A DNA stretch of 43,046 nt, from assembly GCA_964618245.1 (NCBI GenBank), contig CAZTYT010000001.1:1-43046 (forward strand). Direction: 5' to 3'. Every line of letters starts with the position of its first letter. Positions within the stretch are counted from its first letter, which is position 1. Below, piece by piece: positions 11,035-20,586 of this stretch. This DNA is from an uncultured Legionella sp. (GTDB lineage Bacteria; Pseudomonadota; Gammaproteobacteria; Legionellales; Legionellaceae). The notes beneath the pieces are model-generated. The model saw only the letters and a program-made list of their open reading frames with translations. It was not told where the DNA came from and did not search any database. The translations under genes were made by a program, and so were the position numbers.

Positions 11035-11565
11035 TTACAGCGTTTTTTTATAAAGGATCTCTTTTAACAACGCACCACCTTCATAAAACTCTTCCAATTT
11101 GCTTGAATTAGTTGCTTCAAATCCCAGTGCTTCATAAAATTTGCGTGCCTGGCTATTTGCCTCCAATACCCAAAGAAATACTTTTTGATATCCCAATCTT
11201 TTTAATTCAGTTAAAGCAGTTAAGCATAGTTTAGAGCCTAAACCCATTCGCCAAAATTGTGGGTGCAAATAAATAGCACTAATCTCGCCATCTCCTTGTG
11301 TGGCATTTGTATCTCGAAAAGTGCAGATGCTGGCAAAGCCAACAGCTTTCTTTTCTACTTCAATGAGAATGACTTTGACACCTTGTTGAATCAAGTCAAG
11401 CCAGAATTGCGTCCTTTCATCTAAAGAAAAATTTTTCAATATAACGGCAGGAACAAATTCTTTATACATTTTTTGCCAAGAATAAATATGAATCCGTGCG
11501 ATAGTCCGTGCATCGGAGAATGTAGCCATTCTAAACGTACTTGTTAAATTTTTTATCATAAGCAA
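11035..11565 (-). CDS. GNAT family N-acetyltransferase
   Basis: FRMATFSDA, GEISAIYLHPQFWRMGLGSKL (acetyl-CoA motif A), LWVLEANSQARKFYEALGF. Start is TTG 11565 or ATG 11559. Confidence 0.92.
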   Translation of the reverse strand: MLMIKNLTSTFRMATFSDARTIARIHIYSWQKMYKEFVPAVILKNFSLDERTQFWLDLIQQGVKVILIEVEKKAVGFASICTFRDTNATQGDGEISAIYLHPQFWRMGLGSKLCLTALTELKRLGYQKVFLWVLEANSQARKFYEALGFEATNSSKLEEFYEGGALLKEILYKKTL

Positions 11566-11619
11566 ATATTTTAAAAGGTAATAATTCTATTTACCATTAA
11601 TTCTAAATAATTTCTATTA

Positions 11620-12423
11620 CTATCTTGATTTGTATTGGCAGTGCTTTGTAATGAAGTTAATAACAATTGAAGCAAAGTGTTCATCCCATAAATCATTGTG
11701 CCCTTTATTAGGAAATTTAATTAATTTTTTGGGCTCATTAGCGAAATTAAAAAGTATTTCCCCTTGGGGATAAGGGACGATAATATCCAACTTGCCGTGC
11801 AATATTAATAAAGGAGAGTGAATTTTCGCTATCTTTGATAAGGAATCATATTTATCCAGCACAGGAATCGGTAAGCCCCAATAATGATAACGAGCCAAAG
11901 CGGTGAATGAAGCGTAGGGGGATTGCAGTATTACCGAACAAACAGAGAATTCTGTTGCCAATTGAGTGGCAATACCAGTCCCCAATGATTCACCGTAAAG
12001 AATGATAGATTTTTCTGGAATACCTTGTTGTTTAAGAAAACGCATAGCTGCCCGGCCGTCTTCGTATAAACCTTTTTCAGCAGGTCTTCCGCGATTACCA
12101 CCATAGCCCCTGTATTCTAGTAACAGGATACCTAATCCCGCTGAAATAAAATGACGTGCCAAGTACATGCGATAACCAATATGGCCTGCATTCCCATGTA
12201 AATACAAAATAACCGGCTGATGGTTTTGGGGTGGCTTATACCATGAGTCAAGTACTAAACCTTTGGCTACCGGAATCTGAATAATTTGCATATCCAGAGC
12301 ATTAAAATCACGTAGGCTGGGTTTGTCTGAGGCGGGAAAATAAATAAAATGACGTTGAAAGGAATAAACAGCAATAAAGAGCACTCCGATCAAGAGAACC
12401 AATATCAAAAAAGGTTTGAACAT
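11620..12423 (-). CDS. Alpha/beta hydrolase (BEM46/ABHD13-like) with N-terminal membrane anchor
   Basis: YLHGNAG, EYRGYG, GESLG nucleophile elbow, HGKLDIIVP, GHND. Confidence 0.9.
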   Translation of the reverse strand: MFKPFLILVLLIGVLFIAVYSFQRHFIYFPASDKPSLRDFNALDMQIIQIPVAKGLVLDSWYKPPQNHQPVILYLHGNAGHIGYRMYLARHFISAGLGILLLEYRGYGGNRGRPAEKGLYEDGRAAMRFLKQQGIPEKSIILYGESLGTGIATQLATEFSVCSVILQSPYASFTALARYHYWGLPIPVLDKYDSLSKIAKIHSPLLILHGKLDIIVPYPQGEILFNFANEPKKLIKFPNKGHNDLWDEHFASIVINFITKHCQYKSR

Positions 12424-12641
12424 GTTCTATCCAATAACTTTAGTTTTAATAGTTATAACCCTAATTAGTAAAATAACGCTACAAGTATAAACGGTTCTGG
12501 TTTTTGAATCTGTATTTTTGCTTATATGTTCAATCGCGAGTCATTTGAATTTTCAAACTAATTTAATGATTTTAAAAGCATTTTGATTTTATAAAAAAAT
12601 TTGTTACAGTCTTTGTTATCCGTATAATCATAACGTCCGGT

Positions 12642-13643
12642 ATGAGTTACTCAAACTATCAAACATGCGCGGTAAGGCCTCAGGTACCATTATCAGAATG
12701 GGATATCTTGTCAAGCTTACCTACCGCTTTAGTGATTATTAATTCACAAGGTCGTATTGTCTGGTTAAATCCACCCGCTGAAGCAATGTTGGGTTATGGA
12801 TTATTGGGCACTTTATGGTTAGATGTCCTTTTACGCGCTTTTGTACCTCGTGACGATGATGGACATGAAGTTTCTTTAGCTGATGGGCGACGAGTGCATG
12901 CTGCAATTGCTACTTTGGACAGCTTGCCAGGTATTTTAATTAGTTTGACTGATATTACTGCTACCAGAGATTATGAGAAAGCGAAGGAAAATGAAAAACG
13001 TCTGGTTTCCATTGGCACCATGACCGCTCAGTTGGCGCACCAGATTAGAACGCCGTTGGCATCTGCAATGTTGTATACAGATCACCTTAATAATCTGCCA
13101 AACCTTGAGGCAAGAACACAAAATTGGATCTATCGCTTGCAAGAATGTCATAGCAGCATCGAACAGCAGATTCAGGATTTATTATTATTCGCCAGAGGTA
13201 CGACGATTGAGCCATCCCTTATGGACATGGATTATTGGTGCGCTCAGCTCATTCAACGAGCTCAACCCTATGTGTCATCCCATTCCGTATTATTTCAGGT
13301 GAGTAACCAGTTAATCACCTCAGAAGGAATGGTTCATGGGGAGTCATTAATAGGGGCGGTTTTAAATTTGATTATTAACGCGATACAATCGGGTGCCACG
13401 GAGGTTTACTTAACGCTTTCATCTATGGATAATTCGGGTATAAATATTTCTGTAGAAGATAATGGAAAAGGAATGTCTGAAGAGGTGAAAAGTCATGCTT
13501 TTTCTCCTTTTTATACCACAAAAGCCCAAGGCACTGGTTTGGGTTTGGCAGTTGTTTATGCCGTAATGAAGGCTCATGGTGGGCGTGTCAGTTTGGAGTC
13601 AATGGAAGGGGTTGGGACGCAGGTTAATTTATATTTGCCATGA
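12642..13643 (+). CDS. fleS: PAS-domain sensor histidine kinase FleS
   Basis: PAS domain, H-box AHQIRTPL, NLIINA, DNGKG, PFYTTKAQGTGLGL; lies upstream of fleR-fliE. Confidence 0.92.
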   Translation: MSYSNYQTCAVRPQVPLSEWDILSSLPTALVIINSQGRIVWLNPPAEAMLGYGLLGTLWLDVLLRAFVPRDDDGHEVSLADGRRVHAAIATLDSLPGILISLTDITATRDYEKAKENEKRLVSIGTMTAQLAHQIRTPLASAMLYTDHLNNLPNLEARTQNWIYRLQECHSSIEQQIQDLLLFARGTTIEPSLMDMDYWCAQLIQRAQPYVSSHSVLFQVSNQLITSEGMVHGESLIGAVLNLIINAIQSGATEVYLTLSSMDNSGINISVEDNGKGMSEEVKSHAFSPFYTTKAQGTGLGLAVVYAVMKAHGGRVSLESMEGVGTQVNLYLP

Positions 13644-13685
13644 TGCACTAGCCCGATGAATATTATCTTGGAAAAGGGACTTATT

Positions 13686-14996
13686 ATGAATCATGTTCTA
13701 ATTGTTGAAGATGATCCAGTATTAAGAGAAGCGTTAGCAGAAACAATGACCATTGCTGGCCATACTTATATTACAGCAAAAGATGGCAAGGAAGCTTTAG
13801 TCCTGATTGAGTTACATAATCCTTCCGTTGTGCTTACTGACATAAGAATGGATATATTGGATGGTAGTCAATTACTAGACGAAATTCAGCGCAGGCGTCC
13901 TGGTTTACCAGTAATATTGATGACAGCTTATGGCTCTGTTCAGGATGCTGTTCTGGCCATGCGTCGAGGCGCTGTCGACTATTTACAAAAACCCTTTAGT
14001 GCGCAAGTTCTTATTGAAAAAATTAATCAATTTGTAAAAACTGATCTTAATGAAGATTCGGGGGATCCTATTGCCCATGATCCTAAAAGCCAAGCGTTGT
14101 TATCAATGGCATTAAAAGTAGCTCAATCTGATGTGGGGGTGATGATAAGTGGGGAAAGTGGTACCGGAAAAGAGGTATTAGCTCACTTTATTCATGATCA
14201 CTCATCGCGAAGAAAGCAACCTTTCATTGCAATTAATTGTGCAGCTATCCCTGAGCAGATGCTGGAGGCCACTCTTTTTGGCTATGAGAAAGGTTCTTTT
14301 ACCGGAGCTTATAAATCAACTCCCGGTAAATTTGAACAAGCTCAAAGTGGCACTTTATTGCTAGATGAGGTTAGTGAGATGCCGCTGGCATTGCAAGCAA
14401 AGTTATTACGAGTACTGCAAGAAAAAGAGGTGGAGCGGATTGGCTCTAATAAAACAGTTAGCCTAGATGTTCGTATTCTTGCAACAACAAATAGGCAGCT
14501 TAAGGAAGAAGTACAAGCAGGGCGGTTTAGGGAAGATTTATTTTATCGCTTAAATATTTTCCCCTTACAGTGGCATCCCTTGCGCGAAAGAAAAAATGAT
14601 ATTATTCCCTTAGCTAATTATTTAATCCGCAAACATTGTCAACACAAACAACCAATTGTCCCAGTGATTAGTCCCTCGGCACAAAAAATAATGTTAGCTT
14701 ATTTATGGCCAGGTAATGCGCGTGAGTTGGATAATGTGATTCAGCGGGCACTGGTTTTACAGACACAAGGCATTATAGAAATAGAACATTTACAGTTATC
14801 CTCTACAACACCAATGATGTCAGATAACTCAAGCTCAAGTAGCAAAAACTTACAAGTACATGAATATGAGCTAATTGAAAAAACTTTGCTCGAAAATGGC
14901 GGAAATCGGCAAAAAGTAGCAACAATATTGGGAGTAAGTGAAAGAACTTTACGTTATAAGCTAGCAAAAATGCGTGAAGAAGGGTATGTTGTATAG
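13686..14996 (+). CDS. fleR: Sigma54-dependent response regulator FleR
   Basis: Receiver domain (LIVEDD, TDIRM), AAA+ GESGTGKE, GSFTGA, WPGNAREL, C-terminal Fis-type HTH. ATG 13686 follows AAAGGGA; alternative start 13656. Confidence 0.93.
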   Translation: MNHVLIVEDDPVLREALAETMTIAGHTYITAKDGKEALVLIELHNPSVVLTDIRMDILDGSQLLDEIQRRRPGLPVILMTAYGSVQDAVLAMRRGAVDYLQKPFSAQVLIEKINQFVKTDLNEDSGDPIAHDPKSQALLSMALKVAQSDVGVMISGESGTGKEVLAHFIHDHSSRRKQPFIAINCAAIPEQMLEATLFGYEKGSFTGAYKSTPGKFEQAQSGTLLLDEVSEMPLALQAKLLRVLQEKEVERIGSNKTVSLDVRILATTNRQLKEEVQAGRFREDLFYRLNIFPLQWHPLRERKNDIIPLANYLIRKHCQHKQPIVPVISPSAQKIMLAYLWPGNARELDNVIQRALVLQTQGIIEIEHLQLSSTTPMMSDNSSSSSKNLQVHEYELIEKTLLENGGNRQKVATILGVSERTLRYKLAKMREEGYVV

Positions 14997-15088
14997 TCTT
15001 ATTGGGTTTTAATTGTAAGCGTCAGGGACGAAGTACGTAAGCAATTTGCAAAGTGGATTACAAAATTGTAGAAAGGAAGAATAAGGAC

Positions 15089-15400
15089 ATGAGTAACATT
15101 AATACAGTTAATTTATTTACCCAGATGCAATCAATGGCGGCAAAAGCTGAAGGTGCAACTAATACTGAGTATGATTCGTCTTCATTTGGCACTGTACTGA
15201 ATAAAGCCTTAAAACATGTAAGTGATTTAAGTGAAAATGCTGATTCGTTAAAAACACGTTATGAATTAGGAGATTCGAAAGTTAGCATTGGGGAAGTAAT
15301 GATTGCCACTCAAAAATCTAATATTGGACTTGAAGCTGCTTTGCGAGTAAGAAACAAAATTTTACAAGCATATCAAGATATTATGAGTATGCCAGTATAG
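15089..15400 (+). CDS. fliE: Flagellar hook-basal body protein FliE
   Basis: EVMIATQKSNIGLEAALRVRNKILQAYQDIMSMPV; RBS AAGGA before ATG 15089. Confidence 0.95.
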   Translation: MSNINTVNLFTQMQSMAAKAEGATNTEYDSSSFGTVLNKALKHVSDLSENADSLKTRYELGDSKVSIGEVMIATQKSNIGLEAALRVRNKILQAYQDIMSMPV

Positions 15401-15453
15401 ACAAATTGTAGCTCCCACGTTATTTTACAGGGTAGTTTTTACAGGAGTTGAAT

Positions 15454-17091
15454 ATGGCATTGGCTGATAATGCTTCCATGGTAGCAGCAAAATTTGCAAG
15501 CTTATCTATACCTCGTCAAGTTGGTTTATTGATAGGCTTGGCAGCGAGCGTTGCAATAGGTGTTGGTGTTGTTTTATGGTCTCGTGATCCTAATTACGTA
15601 CCCTTGTACACTCAAATGAATATGCGTGATGCAGCAGAAATCATCTCTGCACTTGAACGTAATGGAATAGAGTTTAAAATTGATAACAATAACAGTACTA
15701 TTCTTATTCCATCAGCAAACCTGCAAAGTACTCGTTTTAAATTAGCTGCTGAAGGTTTGCCTCGTGACCCTGTTGGGTCTGAAGAACTGTTTAATAGCAG
15801 CAATGCATTTAACAGCAGCCAATTCATGGAAAATGCGCGTTATAAGCAAGCTTTGGAAGCTGAATTGGCAAGAACTATCAGCAAGTTCAATGATGTGAAA
15901 GCTGCTCGTGTCCATTTAGCTATTCCTCGAGAATCAGCTTTTGTCCGTGATACTCATCAACCTAGCGCTTCGGTTTTTATCGATGTTTATTCTGGCCTTG
16001 AACTGAAAAAGCATACTGTGGCTGCTATTGTAAACCTGGTAGCCTCAAGCATTCCTAATTTATCAGCTAGTCGAGTTACTGTTGTTGATCAAGATGGTCA
16101 ATTACTCAATGAGGGAGGGGGGCAAACGCTGTTTTCAGAGACAGATCGCTTTATGGATTACCGCCAGAATTTGGAACGGCAGTATGCACAAAAAATTCAG
16201 GATATTTTAACACCATTATTAGGTTATGGCCGTGTGCGTGCAAAAGTATCAGCCGATATAGACTTTACTAGCTATGAACAAACTCAGGAATTATTTAATC
16301 CAGAGTTGCCTTCTTTACGTAGCGAGCAAAAAATGGAGGAGAAGCGTAATTCTTCCAGCGAAGCAGTTGGTGTGCCTGGTTCATTATCAAATACTCCACC
16401 TGCAAATCCAGCGCTTGCAGCTAAAAACCCAAATGCGCAATCTCAACAACAGCCTCAGCAAACAGAGTCTGATTCAGCGAAGAACACGGATCTTCGTACC
16501 CAAAGTACTAGAAACTTTGAGTTAGATAAGACGATTAGTCATACTAAGAATCAACCTGGTTCGATTAAGCGTTTGTCAGTTGCAGTATTAGTAGATAATC
16601 CAGCGGTGATGGATGAAAAAACTAAAAAAATGACCAAGAAAACATTAACACCCAAAGATATAGAGCAGATAAAGCTATTAGTAGCTGATGCTATAGGGTT
16701 AAATGCTGAACGGGGCGATAGTTTGAATGTGATTAACAGTGACTTTGTAAAACCTGATCCCATAGCGCCTATTCCAGAGGAACGCTTTTGGCAGAAGGAT
16801 ATCTTCTGGTCTATAGTTAAACAAGTAGCTGGCGCTTTATTTATCCTTGCCATGATCTTCGGGGTTTTACGACCCATGCTCAAAACTCTAGCAAGTAACA
16901 AAGGTGGAGTAGGCGTTAACCCATACCTTACTGATGAAGCGGAAGCTCAGGATGAATTAACGTATGATGGGGCAATCGCAATCAAAGATGCAAATGATTA
17001 TGAGTCTCAATTAAACTTATTACGCCAAGTTGTTGATAAGGAACCCAAGCGTGTTGCGCAGGTTGTTAAAACTTGGGTTGATCGGGGATAA
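15454..17091 (+). CDS. fliF: Flagellar MS-ring protein FliF
   Basis: Two transmembrane segments, ALEAELARTI, ARVHLAIP, SASV, RLSVAVLVD, RGDSLNV. AGGAG precedes ATG 15454. Confidence 0.97.
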   Translation: MALADNASMVAAKFASLSIPRQVGLLIGLAASVAIGVGVVLWSRDPNYVPLYTQMNMRDAAEIISALERNGIEFKIDNNNSTILIPSANLQSTRFKLAAEGLPRDPVGSEELFNSSNAFNSSQFMENARYKQALEAELARTISKFNDVKAARVHLAIPRESAFVRDTHQPSASVFIDVYSGLELKKHTVAAIVNLVASSIPNLSASRVTVVDQDGQLLNEGGGQTLFSETDRFMDYRQNLERQYAQKIQDILTPLLGYGRVRAKVSADIDFTSYEQTQELFNPELPSLRSEQKMEEKRNSSSEAVGVPGSLSNTPPANPALAAKNPNAQSQQQPQQTESDSAKNTDLRTQSTRNFELDKTISHTKNQPGSIKRLSVAVLVDNPAVMDEKTKKMTKKTLTPKDIEQIKLLVADAIGLNAERGDSLNVINSDFVKPDPIAPIPEERFWQKDIFWSIVKQVAGALFILAMIFGVLRPMLKTLASNKGGVGVNPYLTDEAEAQDELTYDGAIAIKDANDYESQLNLLRQVVDKEPKRVAQVVKTWVDRG

Positions 17092-17093
17092 AG

Positions 17094-18083
17094 ATGGATG
17101 GAATAGAGCGTGCAGCCATATTGCTGCTTAGTATGGGTGAAAAAAATGCAGCAGAAGTACTTAAACATTTAGAACCCCGCCAGGTGCAAAAAGTGGGGGT
17201 GGCTATGGCAACATTAAGTACTGTAAGCAAAGCCAAGATGCAAAATGTTTTAGTTGATTTTACTAATGCAATTGGTGATCAAACGAGCATTACCGTTGAT
17301 GCAGAACATTATTTACGTACAGTCTTGATTGAAGCGTTAGGGTTAGAAAAGGCCACCCCTTTTATTGATCGAATATTAGTTTCTGATAAAGATAGCGGTC
17401 TTAATCGATTAAAATGGCTGGATGCGCGTTTAATTGCTGACGTCATTCGGAATGAGCATCCGCAAATCATTGCTACTATTCTTATTCATCTTGATAGTGA
17501 ACAGGCTGCGGAAGTGGTGGGTTATTTTAGTGTAGACAAGCGTTCTGAAGTCCTGTTGCGTATGTGTAATATTGATACTGTAAAACCTGAAGCGATCAAT
17601 GAGTTAGGGCAGGTAATTGAAAAGCAATTGAGCGGCCAAAAAGTAAGTAAATCTGCATCAGTTGGCGGTATTAAAAGCGTTGCTGATGTCATTAACTATT
17701 TTGATGGTGCCATGGAAGATGAGGTGCTGAACCGAATTAAAGAGTGGGATGAAGAGCTCAGTGACAAGATAAGGGATAAGATGTTTGTGTTTGAAAATCT
17801 TGTTGATATGGATGATCGAAGTGTTCAAACCTTGCTAAGAGACGTTTCTCAAGAGTTATTGAAGCTTGCTTTAAAAGGTACTACCGAGCAAACCAAAGAT
17901 AAAATATATGCCAATATGTCTAAACGAGCCGCTGATTTATTGCGAGAGGATATTGAACTTCAAGGACCTGTAAAAGTGGTAGACGTAGAGCGTGCACAAC
18001 GTGAAATTTTGTCTATTGCGAAGAGCTTGGCTGATGAAGGCAAGATTGCATTAGGTGCTAAAGGTGGCGATGAAATGATTTAA
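17094..18083 (+). CDS. fliG: Flagellar motor switch protein FliG
   Basis: AAILLLSMGE, EHPQIIA, GG linker, MFVFENL, NMSKRAA. Confidence 0.97.
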   Translation: MDGIERAAILLLSMGEKNAAEVLKHLEPRQVQKVGVAMATLSTVSKAKMQNVLVDFTNAIGDQTSITVDAEHYLRTVLIEALGLEKATPFIDRILVSDKDSGLNRLKWLDARLIADVIRNEHPQIIATILIHLDSEQAAEVVGYFSVDKRSEVLLRMCNIDTVKPEAINELGQVIEKQLSGQKVSKSASVGGIKSVADVINYFDGAMEDEVLNRIKEWDEELSDKIRDKMFVFENLVDMDDRSVQTLLRDVSQELLKLALKGTTEQTKDKIYANMSKRAADLLREDIELQGPVKVVDVERAQREILSIAKSLADEGKIALGAKGGDEMI

Positions 18084-18128
18084 AAATACCATCGCACGCA
18101 ATGCTTGAGTAAGTAATAAGGATTTTAC

Positions 18129-18773
18129 ATGTCAGCCAAATTTGAGCCCTATAAAAAACAAAATAATGAAAATGACTTTAGTGTATGGCAGTATCAAACT
18201 CCTAAAAAAGAGGTAGAAACTGTAGTTGTTGATGAACAAGAAGTTTTCCGTGCTGAATGTGAGCGATTACGTCAAGATGCGATTCAAAAAGGGTATGCGG
18301 AAGGTTTACAACAAGCGGAAGCTGAGTTAAGCGAAAAAAGGAAAGAATTTGCTCGTTGGTTTGATTTAATAAAAAATCCAGTAAAACTTTTAGATGAACA
18401 TGTAACACAGGAAGTGCTACAGACAGTTCTATGGTTGGGTCAATATTGTGTCGAGGTCGAGTTATCAGTTAATCCAGACAAATTACGAGATTTAATTAAC
18501 GCGATCAAAGCGGAATTACCTTCTTTAATCAATCATCGAGTGCTTGCTATGCATCCGTTAGATGTAGCTTGGATACAAGCAGAAATTGGTGAAAATGAAA
18601 TTCCTGGTTTACAGGAGATTCTAATAGCTGATCCAACTTTAAATCGCGGGGATTTTTATCTTAAAGGCGATCATAGCGAATTAGATGGCCGTATCCATTC
18701 GCGCCTTGCTACGTTATTTGCAAAATATATAACCAAGGATAATCTGGTTATACCCAAGAAAGTACAGGACTAA
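18129..18773 (+). CDS. fliH: Flagellar assembly protein FliH
   Basis: AxxxGxxxG motif (AIQKGYAEG), [14 protein letters not shown]; lies between fliG and fliI. Confidence 0.9.
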   Translation: MSAKFEPYKKQNNENDFSVWQYQTPKKEVETVVVDEQEVFRAECERLRQDAIQKGYAEGLQQAEAELSEKRKEFARWFDLIKNPVKLLDEHVTQEVLQTVLWLGQYCVEVELSVNPDKLRDLINAIKAELPSLINHRVLAMHPLDVAWIQAEIGENEIPGLQEILIADPTLNRGDFYLKGDHSELDGRIHSRLATLFAKYITKDNLVIPKKVQD

Positions 18774-18775
18774 TC

Positions 18776-20116
18776 ATGAATGTTTATGAGTCCCGTCTTG
18801 TTAAAATCATGACTGATGTGCGCAAAAAAGAGCATTCTGGTTTATTGCATTGTGGCCGAATTAATAGGGCGGTGGGGCTCACTTTGGAAGCAAAAGGATT
18901 AAATCAACCAGTTGGTGCCCGCTGCTTTATTAACGTAGATGAAGCCCATTCAATCGAAGCTGAAGTAGTTGGTTTTAGCCAAGATAGTGTTTATTTAATG
19001 CCGGTTGGCAATATTCATGGTTTGGCACCTGGTATGCTTGTTGCTCCCACAGGCCGAGTTGCCCAGGTAGAAACAGGATGGTCATTACTAGGCAGGATCA
19101 TTAATGGATCAGGCCAATTGATTGATGAAGGACCACACATTGAACTTAGTGACACCTACCCACTGGAATCATCCCCGATTAATCCTCTAAAAAGAGCGGC
19201 TATAGATACTTATATGGATGTTGGCATACAAGCAATTAATGGATTGCTCACAGTAGGACGAGGCCAACGAATAGGCTTATTTGCCGGTAGTGGTGTAGGT
19301 AAGTCTGTATTATTAGGTATGATGACGCGTTTTACCAAGGCAGATGTAGTTGTTGTTGGTTTAATTGGTGAGCGGGGGCGTGAAGTCAAAGAATTTATTG
19401 AATGCAGCTTGGGGGAGGATGGATTAAAGCGTGCTGTTGTTGTAGCAGCCCCTGCTGATGAAAGTCCTCTTAGGAGGCTGCATGGGGCCAAGGTTGCGAC
19501 TAGTATTGCTGAATACTTTCGTGATCAAGGTAAACATGTGCTTTTATTAATGGATTCATTAACTCGATTTGCGCAAGCACAACGTGAAATTGCTTTATCA
19601 ATTGGTGAAGCTCCTGCGACTAAAGGATATCCACCTTCAGTATTTGCCAAATTACCTAAATTGGTTGAGCGTGCAGGTAATGGGGAGCCTGGCAGTGGTT
19701 CCATTACTGCTTTCTACACAGTTTTAACTGAAGGCGATGATTTACAAGATCCTATTGCTGATGCGGCTCGCGCTATTTTAGATGGACATATTGTATTAAG
19801 TCGTTCGCTTGCAGAAGAGGGACACTACCCCGCGATTGATTTAGAGGCTTCAATCAGTCGTGTTATGCAAAGTGTTGTTTCCGAACAACAAATGAATGAT
19901 ATGTTATTGCTTAAGAAATATTTATCGCTTTATGAAAAAAATAAAGACTTTATTTTATTAGGGGCCTACACAAAAGGTACGGATCCCAACCTGGATAAAG
20001 CAATTTTTGCCAGGGATAAAATAAGAAATTACATGGAGCAAGGAATGAACAAGCAATACAATTTTCAGGAAAGTGTGGCTCATTTGGCTGAGTTGGCTGC
20101 TTCGCTTAGGGGATAG
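18776..20116 (+). CDS. fliI: Flagellar export ATPase FliI
   Basis: [44 protein letters not shown]. Confidence 0.98.
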   Translation: MNVYESRLVKIMTDVRKKEHSGLLHCGRINRAVGLTLEAKGLNQPVGARCFINVDEAHSIEAEVVGFSQDSVYLMPVGNIHGLAPGMLVAPTGRVAQVETGWSLLGRIINGSGQLIDEGPHIELSDTYPLESSPINPLKRAAIDTYMDVGIQAINGLLTVGRGQRIGLFAGSGVGKSVLLGMMTRFTKADVVVVGLIGERGREVKEFIECSLGEDGLKRAVVVAAPADESPLRRLHGAKVATSIAEYFRDQGKHVLLLMDSLTRFAQAQREIALSIGEAPATKGYPPSVFAKLPKLVERAGNGEPGSGSITAFYTVLTEGDDLQDPIADAARAILDGHIVLSRSLAEEGHYPAIDLEASISRVMQSVVSEQQMNDMLLLKKYLSLYEKNKDFILLGAYTKGTDPNLDKAIFARDKIRNYMEQGMNKQYNFQESVAHLAELAASLRG

Positions 20117-20119
20117 TGA

Positions 20120-20572
20120 ATGAATCAACGTTTAGAGCGTTTATTGCAGTTGCTGGATATAAAAAAAGAACAAACGAAAAACGCATACCAGGAATTGTTA
20201 AATGCACATGAACAATTTAAGAAAAATAAGCTAAAGCATGAACAGTTAGCCGGTTATCGCCAAGACTATGTAAAACAGTTAGAGTCAATCGGTGAACAAG
20301 GCACAGTTGTAGGACGAGTGCGAAATCGTATTGATTTTATTACACAGCTTGATTCTGCATTAATGCAATTAAATACTCATTTAGCATCTTTGGCAAAGAT
20401 TCGAGCAAAGGCAGATGCTTCTTATAAACAAGCGAAAATTGCTGAAGAAAGCGTTAATTTGTTAATTACACGCATTGAAAAAGCTCAAAAATTTAAATTA
20501 CAGCGTATAGAACAGAAAGAAAATGATGAGTATGCACAAAAGCAATGGTATAGTAATAAAATCGATGAGTAA
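20120..20572 (+). CDS. fliJ: Flagellar export protein FliJ
   Basis: 150-aa coiled coil directly after fliI, with YRQDY, FITQLD and EQKENDEYA. Confidence 0.9.
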   Translation: MNQRLERLLQLLDIKKEQTKNAYQELLNAHEQFKKNKLKHEQLAGYRQDYVKQLESIGEQGTVVGRVRNRIDFITQLDSALMQLNTHLASLAKIRAKADASYKQAKIAEESVNLLITRIEKAQKFKLQRIEQKENDEYAQKQWYSNKIDE

Positions 20573-20586
20573 TTTAAGCGAATACG

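Noticed and set aside
12424-12641. Sigma54 promoter upstream of fleS
   Set aside because: No TGGCAC-N5-TTGC or GG-N10-GC match found by eye; only a TATAAT at about 12623.
14290-14310. GSFTGA instead of GAFTGA in FleR
   Set aside because: A common functional variant of the sigma54-contacting loop.
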